A stretch of DNA of 64,000 nt from Styela clava. Its lineage: Eukaryota. The translations under genes and the position numbers were made by a program. Below the pieces are notes generated by a model, which searched no databases, was not told the DNA's origin, and saw nothing but the letters and a program-made list of their open reading frames with translations. This document shows, piece by piece, positions 1-15,400 of this stretch. Where the stretch lies: the NCBI RefSeq assembly GCF_964204865.1, contig NC_135250.1:5332001-5396000 (forward strand), read 5' to 3'. Numbering within the stretch: the first letter of the stretch is position 1; every line of letters starts with the position of its first letter.

Positions 1-463
1 ACAATACGCATCCTACCCAACCAAGCATACATATGCAGCCAGTCAAATACTATTACAAATTCGAAGGATTCAGATATATTCAAGTTCTGTTTATATGGCT
101 AAGTTATGTGCGTATAACGCCAATGTAATATGCATATTCCCCCGAGCCAAGAACACAATGTAGATCCTACAGTATACATATACACATATAGAATATGCGT
201 TAATTAAATCAATTATGCATAGGTAGTCAATTCAATGTACATATACAGCCAAGCTAAATTATGCATATAGTACAAAACAATCTCTGTCCTCTCGAAGTTT
301 TTGATTCTCAATGATAGATACATGCTGGAGGTTCGATATTTTTCAGAGGTCTGGAGGTCATTCATATGCCTGGTGTTCAAGTAGCTAATGTTAGTACTAT
401 CTGCAAGAGACGTTACGAGAGGCGAGAGGAGCAGAAGATCGTATGATTTATTAAATCATGTAC

Positions 464-3400
464 CTTCCCAAATGTTGGAATCCACGGTTTGAATTCGGCT
501 AACACGATGATGTTTCCAAACCGAGATATGTAGTCCAGATCACAATAAACTTCGCTGCACTTGCTGTTTGCACACGTCTAAGAAAAATAATAAAAACTAC
601 CTCATTATCTCACTATCAAAATGTTGCAAATATGTGAGCGATAATTGGTATTTTTATGGTTGTCCTCATGAACAAATCTCGGAAAAATCAACTATTGTCT
701 AATTTTCGTGTCTTCAGTCTACCGCGATCGATGTTGTTCCAGAAATGGTCCGCATCAAAAATAAATTGGGAAACACAGGGTTAATAATAATTCATAGTAT
801 ATAGCTCCACAAGTAGAAGACTCGAATGTTATAGTACCATGCCAAGCATAAGGGCAGTGGTCCTCAGCTAGGGCTCTGTGGCACTCTATGGTTCCGACAG
901 TACAGTCGAGGGATTCTGCAAGTTTACATTCAAATATGAGAGTCTACATTAATATTACTTATTTTGAATGAATTATGTCGTATAATTAGCGAGTTAATAA
1001 TTAATTAGTGATGGGGCACACGGTGTCGCTATTGAGTCAGATTAAAGGATACCGGCCGCTAGAAGTCGGCGTCTCCGATCGCTATCTCGTTCATAGGTCG
1101 ACCACTATTATCAAACTTTTTCTGTTGTAAAGATCATTTTGGTGTTGGTTATTTGGCCGTCTTATTGGCTTCCACTCATTTTGAAATAGGTATTGAAAAT
1201 ATTATTCTAACACTAAAATATTTAAAAAAAAAAATGACTCACAACTGTCTTTATAGACCCGAACGCTTGGCTATCATCAGGATAAGTTATGGTTACATTT
1301 TCATAAGTTTCGTTTGAGTTCATTTTAGGAGCAAGATTGAATTTATTTGCTTTTCCTGTTGCATCGCACTTACACGCTGATTCCGGCTAAATTGAAAATA
1401 CTTCACTTTTACAAATTTATAAACGCTAAATAGGAATAGGATTTAAATTTTTGTGAGCGTTTCCATTTTTTTTCTGAAGAAGGATTGAGACATAAGGTCA
1501 CGTATACGTAGGAAGCTACGATGTTATTCTAAGAACTAGAAACTTTCAGGTACGACATGCATCCATTGTACTTTTTTAGGTACTCCCGTAGTGTGTGTAC
1601 CAAGTTAGGGTTAGGGCATAATTTCGAGGTTATAGACTGTCTGTGTTAGCCAAGTGGATATACCCTCTGCCTATAGGATTCAGCCCCTTTACACAACTTG
1701 ATGTAAAGTAGGCAAATAAAATTATTTACCTCCATATTGGTACACACACTTCTGGAGCGCCTTTTATCACACCTTGAGTGAGGTGATCTCAAGTGTACAA
1801 CTTGCTTATATGCAAAACGGATCGACCCACTTCATCAGCAATAATACTTCATGTTGTCAAATAAAAAGGGAATAAAACAAAAATGAAAAAATGAATATTC
1901 TTACCTTGCATTTTATGCCAACTAAATAAAGTAGATACAATCCATTCTGAGTGTACTCAGGCCATGTAAGTTTGACACGACCTTTTGCAAATCCAAGTGG
2001 TCCACGATTGTATAACTGAAAATATTCATTCAGTTACATTTAGTTATCTAACTCAAGCTTTGGTTGGTGCTCAAGCTACCCAAATTTTTTGAAAAATAAA
2101 TTTTGTAAAAACCCGTGACCCAGGAATATGCTCAAATACTGGGCGGTATGTAATTATCAGGCCTTAAATGGTCACACAATTAACTGACACTACTATAACA
2201 CATCCTTTTTTTTTTCATCCTTATAATATGATTCAAATCAAATAAATCCCGGTACAAGTAAATCTACATTATGAAACAACAGACCGTATATTGATGAACT
2301 AATTTCGTTTTGTTCCCGGCCAATGCTTCATCTTCTAGTGTGTTAACAACGGTTGTGTCGGTTGAGGTTCGATTGAAGTAAATGCTCTCAGGAATGGAAA
2401 GCCTGGAATGGAAAACATAAATTATGTATAGGATTGGATTTTTATATTCATCACGGGGATACACGACTTTTATCATATGGCCTACCATGGCCTTTCGTCC
2501 GAATACCAATAAGGTATGGGATTCGCAGATACTTGAACTTGATGACAGAGGAATCCATAACCGACCAGCGGTTACCTGAATTACCCCACAGAGGTGAACA
2601 GTCCAGCAATCTTCCCACACATAATTATCCCCCGCAAGATTCGAACCTGCGAACCCACGCATAGTAGGTAATCAGTTGTGCACGGGCAAGCGTATTCCCA
2701 ACGATACACCAGCCAACATTACTTTGTCTGAGTAATTGCTATTTTACGACTACAATTTCTTGTACAGATATGTAATTACATTTGTTCATATTTTACAGTA
2801 TAAACGAAGTATGAAATAACTGTTGGAATAATATAAAATATACGAGATTCATAAAAATAAGCTATGCGGAAACAAGTCATTTACCGGCTAATTCAACCCC
2901 TGCCTCACTCAAAAGGGATGCATCAAGCCTATAGTCGAATTTATTGAGTGTGCTGTTTAGACAATACCACGAGACCTTCCGGCATGATCTATACTCAATT
3001 CATAACACTATGCATGCCGTTTGAATCTAAAATCATGGAGCGGAAATTTTAAAAACAGTGACACATATTTGACCAAAATTAACTCAAATTGATTCGTCTC
3101 ATCATTGGTAAATAGTTAACACTTACTCAGTAATAGATATCGAGGATTGATATTGCACAGATCCTTGAATGCTGAACCTATTGTTGGCTGAATTTCCATC
3201 AAGTGTAATGTTATCGTCTCCGGCCCTGAACGATAATTATTTTGTTAGGGTAATCCTGTACGGCTCAACACCTCCCAATCTACTGGGCGATTACCTTACA
3301 ATTATGTTGTGTTTTTGATCTCGATCAAAGAGTAGCCATTAGGAGGGGGGGGGGGGGGGGGGGGGGGGGGTTAAAAAACAAAGAAATCGGAAATGGCAAC

Positions 3401-6400
3401 ATAATTGAAAGATACATCATAATACGCTTAGAGCCTCGAGTGGGGTGGGGGTGGGGGGCAAAGAAATGTCAACATCACGGGTGGTTGGTCTCGTTTTATG
3501 TCAAAATAGTTCCTATATTATCGTCTGTTGTATTAATTTAATATGAAAACAAGTGACACTGCAGATGTGGAATTACTTAACGATTTGGAAATACAACTTT
3601 ATGAAATACCGAAACAGTAACCTACGTTGAATATATCACTCCCTGGATATTGTAGTTTCCTTCATTAGCTGTCGATTTCATCCTGGTAAAGTCAAATTCT
3701 AAGGTGAACTCGCACTAAAAACAAAATCGTATATATTTATGCTTTAGATAGAAATAATATTATAGAATGAATATTGCTAAAATTATATATATAACAAATA
3801 TTGCTAACTAGATTGGATATCATATTTTTTGGCAGAATTCATCACTTTCACAGCCTTGAGCATGAGTGGCCGGAATGCCTTTATGTATGTTTGTATTTAG
3901 CAAATAAGTTGGTACTTCCGTAGTGTGTGTATCAGGTTAAGGTTATAGGTCATAATTTTACACCGTTTTTCCTTATTTTAGTTCTTGTACGAGTTCGGAA
4001 CTGTCTGCTTTAGCCAAGTGAATATATCGGCTATTTTATCAGCTATTTGTCAACTTTTAGTTGAGTTGCGAAAATTTAAGTATAAATCAATGGGTATTTT
4101 TTATTTTAATTTCTACTTCAGTTGCAATAATGAAAATTTCGTCTCGAGCTGCAACAGAATAAGGGAAAATCAGCGACGCTCCCGTAGAATGTGTGCTCAG
4201 ATGGCGCACGACCTTATAACCCTAATCTGGTACACACACTATGTTCAGGTTGTGCGTCATACTTGGTAAACATACTACGGGAGCACCAAATTAGTTAACA
4301 TTTTGAATTCAAATGATGGTTATAAAATAAGCGCCCAACACTCGAAAACTCTCAAAATAAGCATCAAAAATTGTGCAATGGTATAGTATATGAACAATTT
4401 TTCATGAGAACGGTCGTTTACAAGATACATAACCAGTATGATATATACCTTATCTCCTGACACCATCAAGTCTTTAAGACCAGCTCTGTGGGATTCGAAT
4501 TTAATCACCGCCAATCCTTTTGAAGAATCACGTGCTTCGTCGTCTGATGTCACACAGGACCCATTCACCTACATCACAAACAATTGTTATGTTATACTAC
4601 TATTACGTCGAAATCGAATTTCGTAAACCACGAGCCGACTCACCAAATTTAAAGTCAAATTCCCTGAAGTTACGTTGATCCGGGTAAAGTAAGCATGATC
4701 GGGTCCCAAGTTTTCGATCGTAACATGAAGTTTTAATTTCTGACTTTTGTCAGTGAGGAGTAGTAACGATTTCGACGATGTATCGCTGCAATGTAACGTT
4801 TTGTATTTCAATTTAAAACCAAAATCATTGTTAAAGATTAAGTGTACTTTTTGCTTAGTTCTATTTTGTTGTTGATGTAATATTTGTTGTTGTAACAAAA
4901 TTGCCTTTTTCAAAAACTAGTGGACCAATCGTATTCAAAAATTCAGTATCTAAATTAAAAAATGTGCTAAATTAAAAAAAAACTTTTTTTTTCTGAGCCT
5001 TAGGGAATCGATATCTCGCCAAGAACAAGAGAGCGTTGCTCAAATATATGGACACCAAAGCTAAAACGAAGTAGTACGGGTATGATGTAGTTTCCACGAT
5101 TCTTCCGCCATTATGTTATTACGTCAGACTAGACCGGGCATAGTTACTTCACAAGGATCACTGTTACGTAGGCAAAGACCAACAGCTTTCTGACAAATCC
5201 AGTGCTCGCCGTTTATCTGCAGTTTTACCCGCACGTGGGTTGCTTTCATAATCCGGTAACAAATTTTAGTCTAAGTTGCATAGGCTACCACAATAGCTAC
5301 CGCCTACCGTACTGGAGTAAGTGATCAGATTTTCGTGTACATTCATAAGCATTGCTCTCTTATTACTTTAAACAACATTTTAAGGATTAGGTTTTAATTA
5401 GGAAATTGGAGCCTTAAGTTTCCTACTACCGGTACCTGGTAACGTTGAGTTGTAAATCATGTTCACAGCGTTCATTTATTCCAGAACATCCTTTCTTAAA
5501 AGACCAATCAGATGTCATTCGGACTTGACTGCTAGAGCTCAACACTCCGGACATCACTTTTGTCTTATGGCTATCGGATAATCCCACACTGAGCTCAGCC
5601 CGTGGTGTTATTTGAAAACCGCCTCCTCCACTCAACGTTCCCAAAGATTCTATCTGTAAATTCCATAAACAATAAAAGGTTTTGTCATCCTATACATTTG
5701 TAGCCTCTAGATGAAAATAATATCATTAAACAAGAGCGCGATTCTCAAATATATGATCACGAAAGCCAAAACGAAGTAGTACGGGTATATGCAATCTTTT
5801 GCAGTAGACCACCGGTACCGCAGTCTTAACGATTTCGCCCTAACGCGGAAACGCCACAAATTTTTTGTGGTTATTCTGTGTTATTAATTATTTCTAATCA
5901 ATTTGGAAGGTACGGTAAACAAAATTAGTATTGTTCGCGAGAATTTTTAGAAAATGTGATGTCATACTGCAAAATCTTAAACGGTACTTTACTGCTTTAT
6001 ATACAAAAATTGGAAGCATTCTATTCACTACCAAATAAATTGTTACTGAATTGAGTAACTAACAATCTTCATACCTTTAATGCCACGTCATAATAATTGC
6101 AAATCTCCGTTCTTCCTACTCGCAATGTTTCAGAAATGATGCTGGCCGATTGATCCTTGAAACGAAGTCGTTTGTTCGCCGCCGTTAGGGAATCGAGAGT
6201 GACGTTGTATGTTATTTCTGTAACAGATATTATAAAAAGTTGTCCTTTGTGCTTTAATTTTCTTAGGTATATCAATATTCAGTGAGGTATTATGAAAACA
6301 GCGTTTAATCATGTACGGAATAGGCAAATAAATAGTCGATCGCTTTATTAATGTAACCAACTGAACGTGCTTCAGTCCAGCAATCTTTCCGCATTTACCG

Positions 6401-9400
6401 TGTGGGAGTAAACCAATGTTAAATATCAGGTCCGCTGAAACAACATATTGCTTTCTTATGTCTGTGTCTTGTCTTTTGGCGAGTATAGCTATTATCGGAA
6501 TGTAGGCACCTACACATAAAGTTCATAATATTTTTTTAAAACGGTACAAAGTACAGATTGAATTATAACAAACCAAATGTTTTTGAAACTTCGGTTCCAT
6601 CCTCATATTTAGCATTCAAGCAAACAGTAATATTAGAACATGCCGTCGTTGGATTCGCTGCGCAATGTTTAACGTCGATTGAGGTTTGTCCGATTGAAAT
6701 ACTTGGTGTAATAGTAATGATTTTACGAGACCACAACACAATCAATCTATTGCTTGAAGGAGCTGACACCACGACATCCGGATAACCGTTCTTGTCATAG
6801 TCAGAACCACCATAAGTACTCCAACCAAATGCACGCAGAGATTGAGTGTTCGAGGTGACGGTTCGCCCAAATACTTTCTGGAAGAGACAAAATGAAAAAA
6901 ATGAATATTATTATTCTTACCTCAAAATGAAGAAGCTCAATATTATTATAAGTATAGGCCGTTTCCTTTTTTTTCAGGGACCGACATGGCTCAATCGTTA
7001 AATACTCAGCAGGCCACGTGTAACGCCTTTGGTTCACTTTCTGATAGCCATGTGAATTTGAATATTGGCAATATACGACGGCAAGAGTAATTCCGACACT
7101 AAACTTCCTGATCTTTTTAACTAGGTATGCTGTCATTGGGTGTCGCTGCTCGATAACCAGCTTTGGTTACCCGCGTCTATATCCTTTCCCAGTTAAAATG
7201 TGTGATTATTTTATTTTGTGTAAAACTGTTTACTGGTTGAAAGAATTAAACTTGACTTATCATACCGTTAATATTCAGTTATCGAGACTTTACCTGCTTT
7301 CTGGAATTTGAAAGTCCGGTTGACGACGAGAAGTAAATATAAATCGATCCACTAGGTGTGTTTGACCCTTCATCTCCCTCGGATGGAGAGCTTATGATGA
7401 CGTCATTGATTCCATTTTTATCTATGTCGCCTCCGTCAACTAAATTCATCCCAAATCTCGCTCCTTGGATACTGTCTCCTTCCAATACTAATGGAGAAAA
7501 ATCTGAACTAGCCTAAGTAAAAATAAAATTATATAGAGAATCGAAAATGTAAAGTCGAATAATTTGTCTATCCGACGATAATGAAACAACTTCTGCGCCA
7601 CTCAAAAATCCACATTAGAAAAATTTCTGACTATGGCTATCAACTACAAAAACTATGTTATTTAAAAGCCTACTTTTGATATTATCAGTTAATATAACAA
7701 CTCGTCTTTTCCGAGCAAGTCTAAAATGCTAATTAAGGTACAATTTCAGTAAATATAACAATATAACTTTATTCAAGTTTTAGTGACAGACTCGCTCGAG
7801 CCAATTTGCAAACGAAGCGAAATTTAAAATTGATTTACCCATTTAGAAATAGAATTAGTTTTGCTCATGTACACAAACACCACTCCTTCGTCGTATCCGC
7901 CTAGTTTTGAATACAGGGGAGAAGAGACGAGAAGGTCATCTTCATTATCATTGTCAATATCCATTGCCAAAACACTCTGACCGTAATAAGCTCCAAGTTG
8001 CCAGAACTTATCATTTGGATGAAGTTGATAGAACGATTTAGTAGGCGTTTCTCGGTAAATTAGGACCTGATTTAAAAATTACATTATTTTAGGTGTCTCA
8101 AAAATGTCGTGTCCCACTTGTCCAACGTGTCCTACTTGCCTTTTTTGTACAACTCAGTCAACCATTTTATCCTGTCATTCCCTTACAATCCAGATGATAT
8201 TATCGGAATATCGGCATTTTGAAATATTGGCGTTTCGATATCGGTACCGATATCGGCGATAAAAGCGATATCTTAATGCATATATCGCCATTCAAATTTT
8301 TGAATTAAAAACTATTTTTTATAAATAGTAATTATAATACTTTAATTCAATCAGTTGTAGTTCACCTATATGCTACGCCAATTTCCACAACCCTGGAACA
8401 AGTAGGACCCGTAGTGTAAGTGGGACACGACATTTTCGAGACACCGCATCATTTATATTTGAAACGAAGTTCATGGGATAATGCAGGAACCAGAGAAGTC
8501 TATCATTTTTAATCAGTATCTATTTTTTTTTAGTTGCCAGATTTACTTCACTACATTTTGACTTGAGTCAAGTTAATTCAATGTTGGTATACGTCGAGTC
8601 AAATCCATACGATATCACATCAGTCAATCTGCTGTATTGTAAAATTTTGTTAAGCTAGGATATAAATATTTTCAATATATATTTTGTGACTTGGAATAGC
8701 AAAATTATTCATACCATTCCCTTCAAGAGGTATCTTGGAGCACTCATTACCACCCATTCTCGGCCATCCACAGTAAAAGTTCCACTGGAAACCGAATAAC
8801 CTGTTAGGAGAGTTATTTTTATGAAACTGTTATAAATCGTCATTACAAAGTGTTGAATATTTTGTGACACCCCTTATTTTTGTTATTCATTTTACTGTGT
8901 ATGATTCTTATTGCTCGAACTTGCATTTTACTGATAGAACCACCGACGGCACCCATGCGCTTTCATTCTTTTCTGGTATTTAGCTGGTCTGGGCCAAAGT
9001 CTAGCCTCTAGACTACGGGTAGCAATCTGCAGCATTACGGGTTGTGTCTCGTTAGATTCAGAGTGCTTTATGCCCTACAACACGCGGGCCGCATGCGGCC
9101 CGCTAGATACTTCTGTGCGGCGCGCGGCCCGCATGTGTGAACCTTGTGTGAAATTGGTGTGCCCTTCGCGACCCTTAAAATTCGTCGCTCGACCTCTCGC
9201 CCCCCAGTTTGGGAAACCCTGATTTAGATATCTCAGTGTTCAAACTGAATCACGCTTAAAACAATATCGGTACAATCTCACACCCATTAGTGCATATTAG
9301 CTTCCCTGTTGATAACTCCACTATTTTTTACTAGCAGTTTATGAAACTGAAGTTTCTTTTTCAAATTTAGAACTTAGAAAACAATTCCTTCATTTATGAA

Positions 9401-12400
9401 TGGTGCAGAAATTCTCGCACAAAAGATTTTGCTATTTACTGTAAAATTTCAAAAAATTGGAGCAGATTTTGTAGAAAAATGTAATTTAACAGTCGAAAAA
9501 ATACAACAGAGGAAGATCTATTGATACTAAACGGATTGTTTGTACAGCCTACAATGGAAATATCCAAAAATGTTAGATATGAGTATATAAATTGTCATAC
9601 ATATATTTGGGACGATTTTACAAAACTGAACCTGAGTAAATATTTTCCTGCAGTCAGTTTATACTACAACACGCAATACCTAATTCTAATAAAAAAGAAA
9701 TATTGAAAATGAAGGGTGGGTTTTCAAGGTAGTTGAACCACTCAATACATATTTGCCATCTCATATGCAAAAATACTGTTACTTGTTTTTACTCAAGAAA
9801 ATAAGATTCTTCATAATTTTAAGCTCCCCAGTAATGAAAGTTTTTCATTAAATTTAACTTATTTACAATATTATTTTGATTTGTAGTTCATTTTGTGAAA
9901 TATGTATGTGGCAAAGTTTGCGGCCCGCCGAGCCTTCAAATTTATGCTTGCGGCCCTCGTGGTAATTTGAGTTGTGCAGGCCTGCTTCAGGGTCTTTTAC
10001 CTAGTATGGACTGTTATAGGTTGTTAAAAATGGTACACAGCATGTTTATTCATGATATAGAGATGTGTAGTTCAGGCAGAAGAAACTCGTAAGTAGACTG
10101 ATTTCACCGTTATTGTATGCAATTCTTTCAGTCAGTTGTTTCAACCCTGAATGAGGTAGTGTTGGTCTATTTAAACTATTATTTACTATTAAGTATTGGT
10201 AATTGACGTTTGTTGTTAGTAATTGTTAACTACCGTAAATGTTTTTTGTCTCTCTGATTCATGGAGTATAGTTCATAGTTTGGAATTATGTACACTTGGG
10301 TTTGGGTGTCCCTAATCGTGCTTACCAAAATATGATTCTTTCAAATCAGTTGCATTGACTCCGTTCAAGTTATTGGCCATTTCCGTTGCGTTTAAATGAC
10401 CGCTTGACCTCAGGTTGGGGAAATTCGTAAGGCTATTATACTCTGCTACTGTTCCTGTTCTGTCGTAAGAACCAATGGCTCCTATATAAAGACCAGTCTA
10501 AAATATAGAAATTGTATAATGCTTAGTTAGTTATAATTTTAAGGCTACAGACAATTCCAATCTTAGGCGTTCGGGCAAATTGCTGAAATTTAATATGTGA
10601 CTATTGGATTGAATACTTTGCCCTGAAACTAATTATTTGTTGCGGTTTTATAGTTTATTTTACATTACTATTACCTTCGATGCATGAATCGACGATCCAA
10701 ATTGACAATTTGTCATTTCTGTAGTTGAGTTGCTCGAACCGCCTTTCAAAAATAATAGTACAGAAAATGTTAACCTTATTTAAATTAGCACAGTCAAAAT
10801 CAAACAAACTCATATCGTCTTTGTGAGGAAAATTCCAGCCAAATTTTCGGCGTTGTAATTTGTATAAAAATGATAAAGCAAGCCAATGTACAAATGTATG
10901 ACTAATGGTAGCATGGTTAGTCATAGCTAAAGAGTGCTGTTATACTGAAGTCTTTCTTTGTCGTATAATGTACTGTAATATTTCTGTGTACCTGTGATTT
11001 GATAATATCCAAGACATCACACACAATAGAATAATAACTGAAGAAGACAACGCCGGACACTCGGCGACCCCCGAAATATTTAAGGCGGCCCCACTTGGGG
11101 TCGAGACCCACACTTTGGTGATCACTGCTCTAGCTCATATCAACCGGGGTAAAACAATCGCAATATAGACCTGTACTATAAACCAGGGAAAATTAGATAA
11201 TATATTGCATATATCTCTTATGATACGAAAAGGATCACAGCTCAAAATATGGAAACGAAGATCGTGCATTGGTAGCCGTATGGTAAAGTCTTAGAATACA
11301 GAATTTTCTATAAAAAGTTCGACGGAGAAGCGCGGTGAGGCGGTGGGAACACATCAAAAAGTAAACTATCGCACTGTATCACTAGAGGGCAAAGACATTG
11401 TGTTGCTTTTTCACTTTTACAAAAACTATCGGCGCTCCCGTAGTACGTGCACCAAGATGGCGCGCAACCTGAACCTTAAACTGGTACATATACCATGTTC
11501 AGGTTGTGCGCCATCTTGGTGCACATACTTCAGGAGCCTCAAACTACTATATGATCCCCACCTTCTAAACTTCCTTTCGCAGTTTCTTCTATAACTTTAC
11601 TTAATGTGTCAATGATTCCATCCAATTTAGAGTAATCCGTCACACTGAGAATTCGAGAGCTATGTCTAGCTATTTCACGCAATTCGCTATATTTTATTCC
11701 GTTTCCAATTCCGACAGCTATCATCGTAATGCCATTTGTTCTGTAATGTTAATTTCAAAAAATTGGCAACTTAGATCGCAAGAAGACAGGAATATGGATA
11801 TACGGAATAAACCAACATACAACACGAACACGTTCTTGAAATGTCATGATAATCAGCGATCCCGTTCCAGTTTTATATTTTTGTTTTAGACGTTGAAGAC
11901 CGCGACGAATTGGTAACGTATACCGCCGCTCATGACTTTAAAAATGCATTATACGGGGTTTCCATGAAGTCCCTTTACAATTTAAATTTTGTTATGACGT
12001 CAGTTCACAATTTTTAAACGTGCGAGAGACTTCACTTAAATTTCTCTTGAAAGCTTACTTATGCCGCTTCATACAAGCCGATGCTCGATACACGTGCACG
12101 AATGACTCGACCCCTTTGCGTTGAACCTTTGCGTTGAAACGAAAGATGTAAAAAAATAAATTGAAAAAGATTTTGTATTTCAAATTGTAGTGTAATATGC
12201 AAGCCAGAAGGACTCTATATCTGATATTCCAGACATAGAGAATTGTGTCATCTTTCAAAAGAGATAAGAGTGGCTATCTTGAGCGAAATGCAGCGACATT
12301 CAAGAAACAAAGAGAGCATGTTTTCGCTAACAGTTTCGAGACGCGTAATCATTGTTTGTTCATTATTGGACACGTAGTGGACATAGCGCTCGTTTTGTTA

Positions 12401-15400
12401 TGTTGTTCTTATACTTGTTGTTGTTCTTTGACACGTTTTGAAGAAATCGCTTCTCTTTGGTTACTGGACCAATTGCTTTGAAATTTTCAGTGATTAAAGA
12501 TAAAAAAAAATTTCAGACGGCTATTACTTTTTTATTTTGCTATGACGTCATCCAAATTATTGCCACTGGGTAACGCTACCTGTCCATATATTTGAGCATA
12601 GCTCTCTTGTTGTGCGTGTAATGATTACTCGTTTGTTTACGCGTCGAAAACTATTGCTCGTTCGCTCAAATGACTTTCTTTCAAGTAATAACATATTCCT
12701 ATGTATATTTCTTAGCTTTCAAATACTTACAGATATAAAACTCGTGGAATTAAAAATATGGCAGAAAGGAGTGATGCGCAACCGGGGTACACAAACACTC
12801 GGAAAAGCCTATCTATATCATGCTTGAAAACGTCGCGGCAATGTTTTATTGCTTTTGTTTTAAGTTACGTCCACGATAAGACATATACATAATGAATGTT
12901 AACTCTTAATGACCAATCATATTATAGCCATATTTATATTATAATGGAGTGTCATCCCGGCATTATAGGGTTTTAAGGTATTATAAGGTTTTAAGGCATC
13001 TGTGAGGGCCAAAACAATATATGGTATCGATAAATTCCTTTGTCTAATGAACAGTCTAATAAACAGCCGTCGGCGTACGTTCGTTATGGATTATGCGAGA
13101 CGAAGGCGATTAGTAAATTAGCAAAAATCAGGTATGTATGTTCTGACATGTTGGATCAGCGGTTGACGAACAGTGGACAAAAAGGTTGACAATTTTTGTG
13201 GCAAACGAATAATGTCACTTTTAATGTATGAAAACGAAAATTACTTATTAACAATGGCCGTTTGACGTTGTTTGTTTTGTAGTTAATAGCGTTAGCGAAA
13301 GCACATGTTAGTTGGATTTCGTTTACTACGAACGTACCTGACATTAAGTTGTAATTAACACAGAAATATGAACGTCATAACTTTAATGTTTAATGAGGCA
13401 ATTGTTTTTAGGCAAAAATTAATATAGTTCTACCTACGCTACCGTCAGTGTGCAAATTTGACGCAGAATTACATGTTGAGCCCCAACTACCCCTTTCCTC
13501 CCACTACCTAGAATTTATAAGCAAACTGCATATTTTTATGCTACTTTGGGTTCGAAACTGGGGGTCAGGGTTGGATTTTCATTAACCCGGACATTTATCT
13601 GACTGATGTGTCAGAGTGCACTTACTCGGCAGCTGATGCTGATGCGTCTGGCGAACCTGAAGTACTCCCTCCGTCAGTCATTGTTATCATCAATTTTGCA
13701 ACTTTTGTCCTGGCAGTTGATGATATCAGTAGATTGGTGGCAGTTGTGATAGCTTGTGGAGTGTTTGTTCCGCCCCTATGGTAACCTATGCCCAATGCCC
13801 TATCTATGGAAAAAAAGGAGGGAATATTTATGAGCTAGTGTTCAAATATATTTGACCATAATTTCCAATAAGCAAACGCGTATTTATAATTGTGATTTTA
13901 TTTATCCGACGAGGAATTTTTGTATGTATTATCACAAAATTAGGAAATATTGTTAATAATACTATAAAAGCTAATTCTTCACAGGACAAATGGAAGGGTC
14001 CGCAAAAAAAAATTAATCAGAATCAATTTTATATCTATTTATCAAAAATCACAGAAACCAAAAAGTTACTTTTACTTTTCAAAAGTGAGAAAACCTATTG
14101 TTGAAACAATTACAAATGTTACCACTCTCTTCCATTTAATATTGAGAAATGCATAAGTAGACTTGCATACGATTCTTCGTTATGTGAGGATTATAAATTA
14201 CGCATATCATTGACGCCAATATATCGCAAGTTCCGTATACAATCGTTAAAATTTAGTAGTGCACTAAGTTTCGTTATACCAACCTCTGAAATCGTAGAAA
14301 GTTCCTGCTGCCAGTGAAGAGCTTGCTTCATATACGCCTCCATTAAAGGGGACAAATCCAACGTGAATATTTCCCAAATTAATGTCGTAGCTGTTAAAAT
14401 ACATATTCCAGGAAATACCGAATACTGTTGGTGTTTAATATTGATGCACGTATGCTGGTACAGAAATAGGTATTTTTGAGGTACTCCCGAAGTATGTGAA
14501 CCAAGATGGCGGACACCGGAACGTAGTATGTGTACCAGGGTTAGGGTTAGGCCCTAATTTTTTTATTTCAATTTTCTTTATTTTAGTTCTATCGCGAGTC
14601 CGGGGACTAGTCAAGTGACTGTAGTATTTGTACCTGAAAGTATTAGTTGAAAGTATGTACCCGTAGTATTTGTACCTGAAATTATGGCCTAACCTTAACC
14701 TGGTACACATACTACGTTCCGGTGTCCGCCATCTTGGTTCCCATACTTCGGGAGTACCATTTTTGAAATATGTGATAGCTTGCCACATTATATCTGAATT
14801 TGTTATTGTTTTGATAATGTCTCGAAAATATTAGAGTCCGTTTTTAATCTTACTTGTACTTGTAGTAGTTTCTCAGTATTGATGTCTCATACAATTCCGA
14901 CAGTCAAGGCCACAAAAGCCAAAAAAATTAATCAAAAGTAACCGCCGAGATAGCAGGAGCGGTAACTCTTTATGAAATGACTCATGATAAAATAGCCCAA
15001 ACACCATCAGGAAACCAAACGGTGCTCCCGAAGTATTCGCACCAAGATGACGCACAGCCTGAACATAGTATGTGTACCAAGTTAGGGTTGTTCAGTTTGT
15101 GCGTCATCTTGGTACTAATACTTCCGGAGCGCCCTTTTATCAATATATTTTTAGAACTGGAGGCCAAAAGGCTCCATCGACCCAACTCCTGATTTAAAGT
15201 ATCTGTAAAGTCATAACTCAACAGCTCGGTCTCATAATGTGGGTTTGAGCTGTATGCCAGGTTTTAATATTTTTTTTATCACTGTAATAACATGTCTTTG
15301 AAATGCACATGTCGCATATTTGTGCACAAAAAGTCTGGAAGAAACACTGTAATTTTCGGTAAACTAGACTCTATGTGCAAACATCTATTTATCTACGTAA

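Noticed and set aside
6801-7136. 111-aa ORF with TWPAEY resembling integrin exon 22, plus a donor-like site at 6920
   Set aside because: It would need a 43-nt intron, the flanking exons already join in frame, and the similarity is too short.
14435-14788. Recurrent ORFs such as [16 protein letters not shown]...VKGLKP and PNPNPG (also at 24458, 25808, 28436, 38596, 43918, 59178)
   Set aside because: These are translations of the MITE family, not a protein family.
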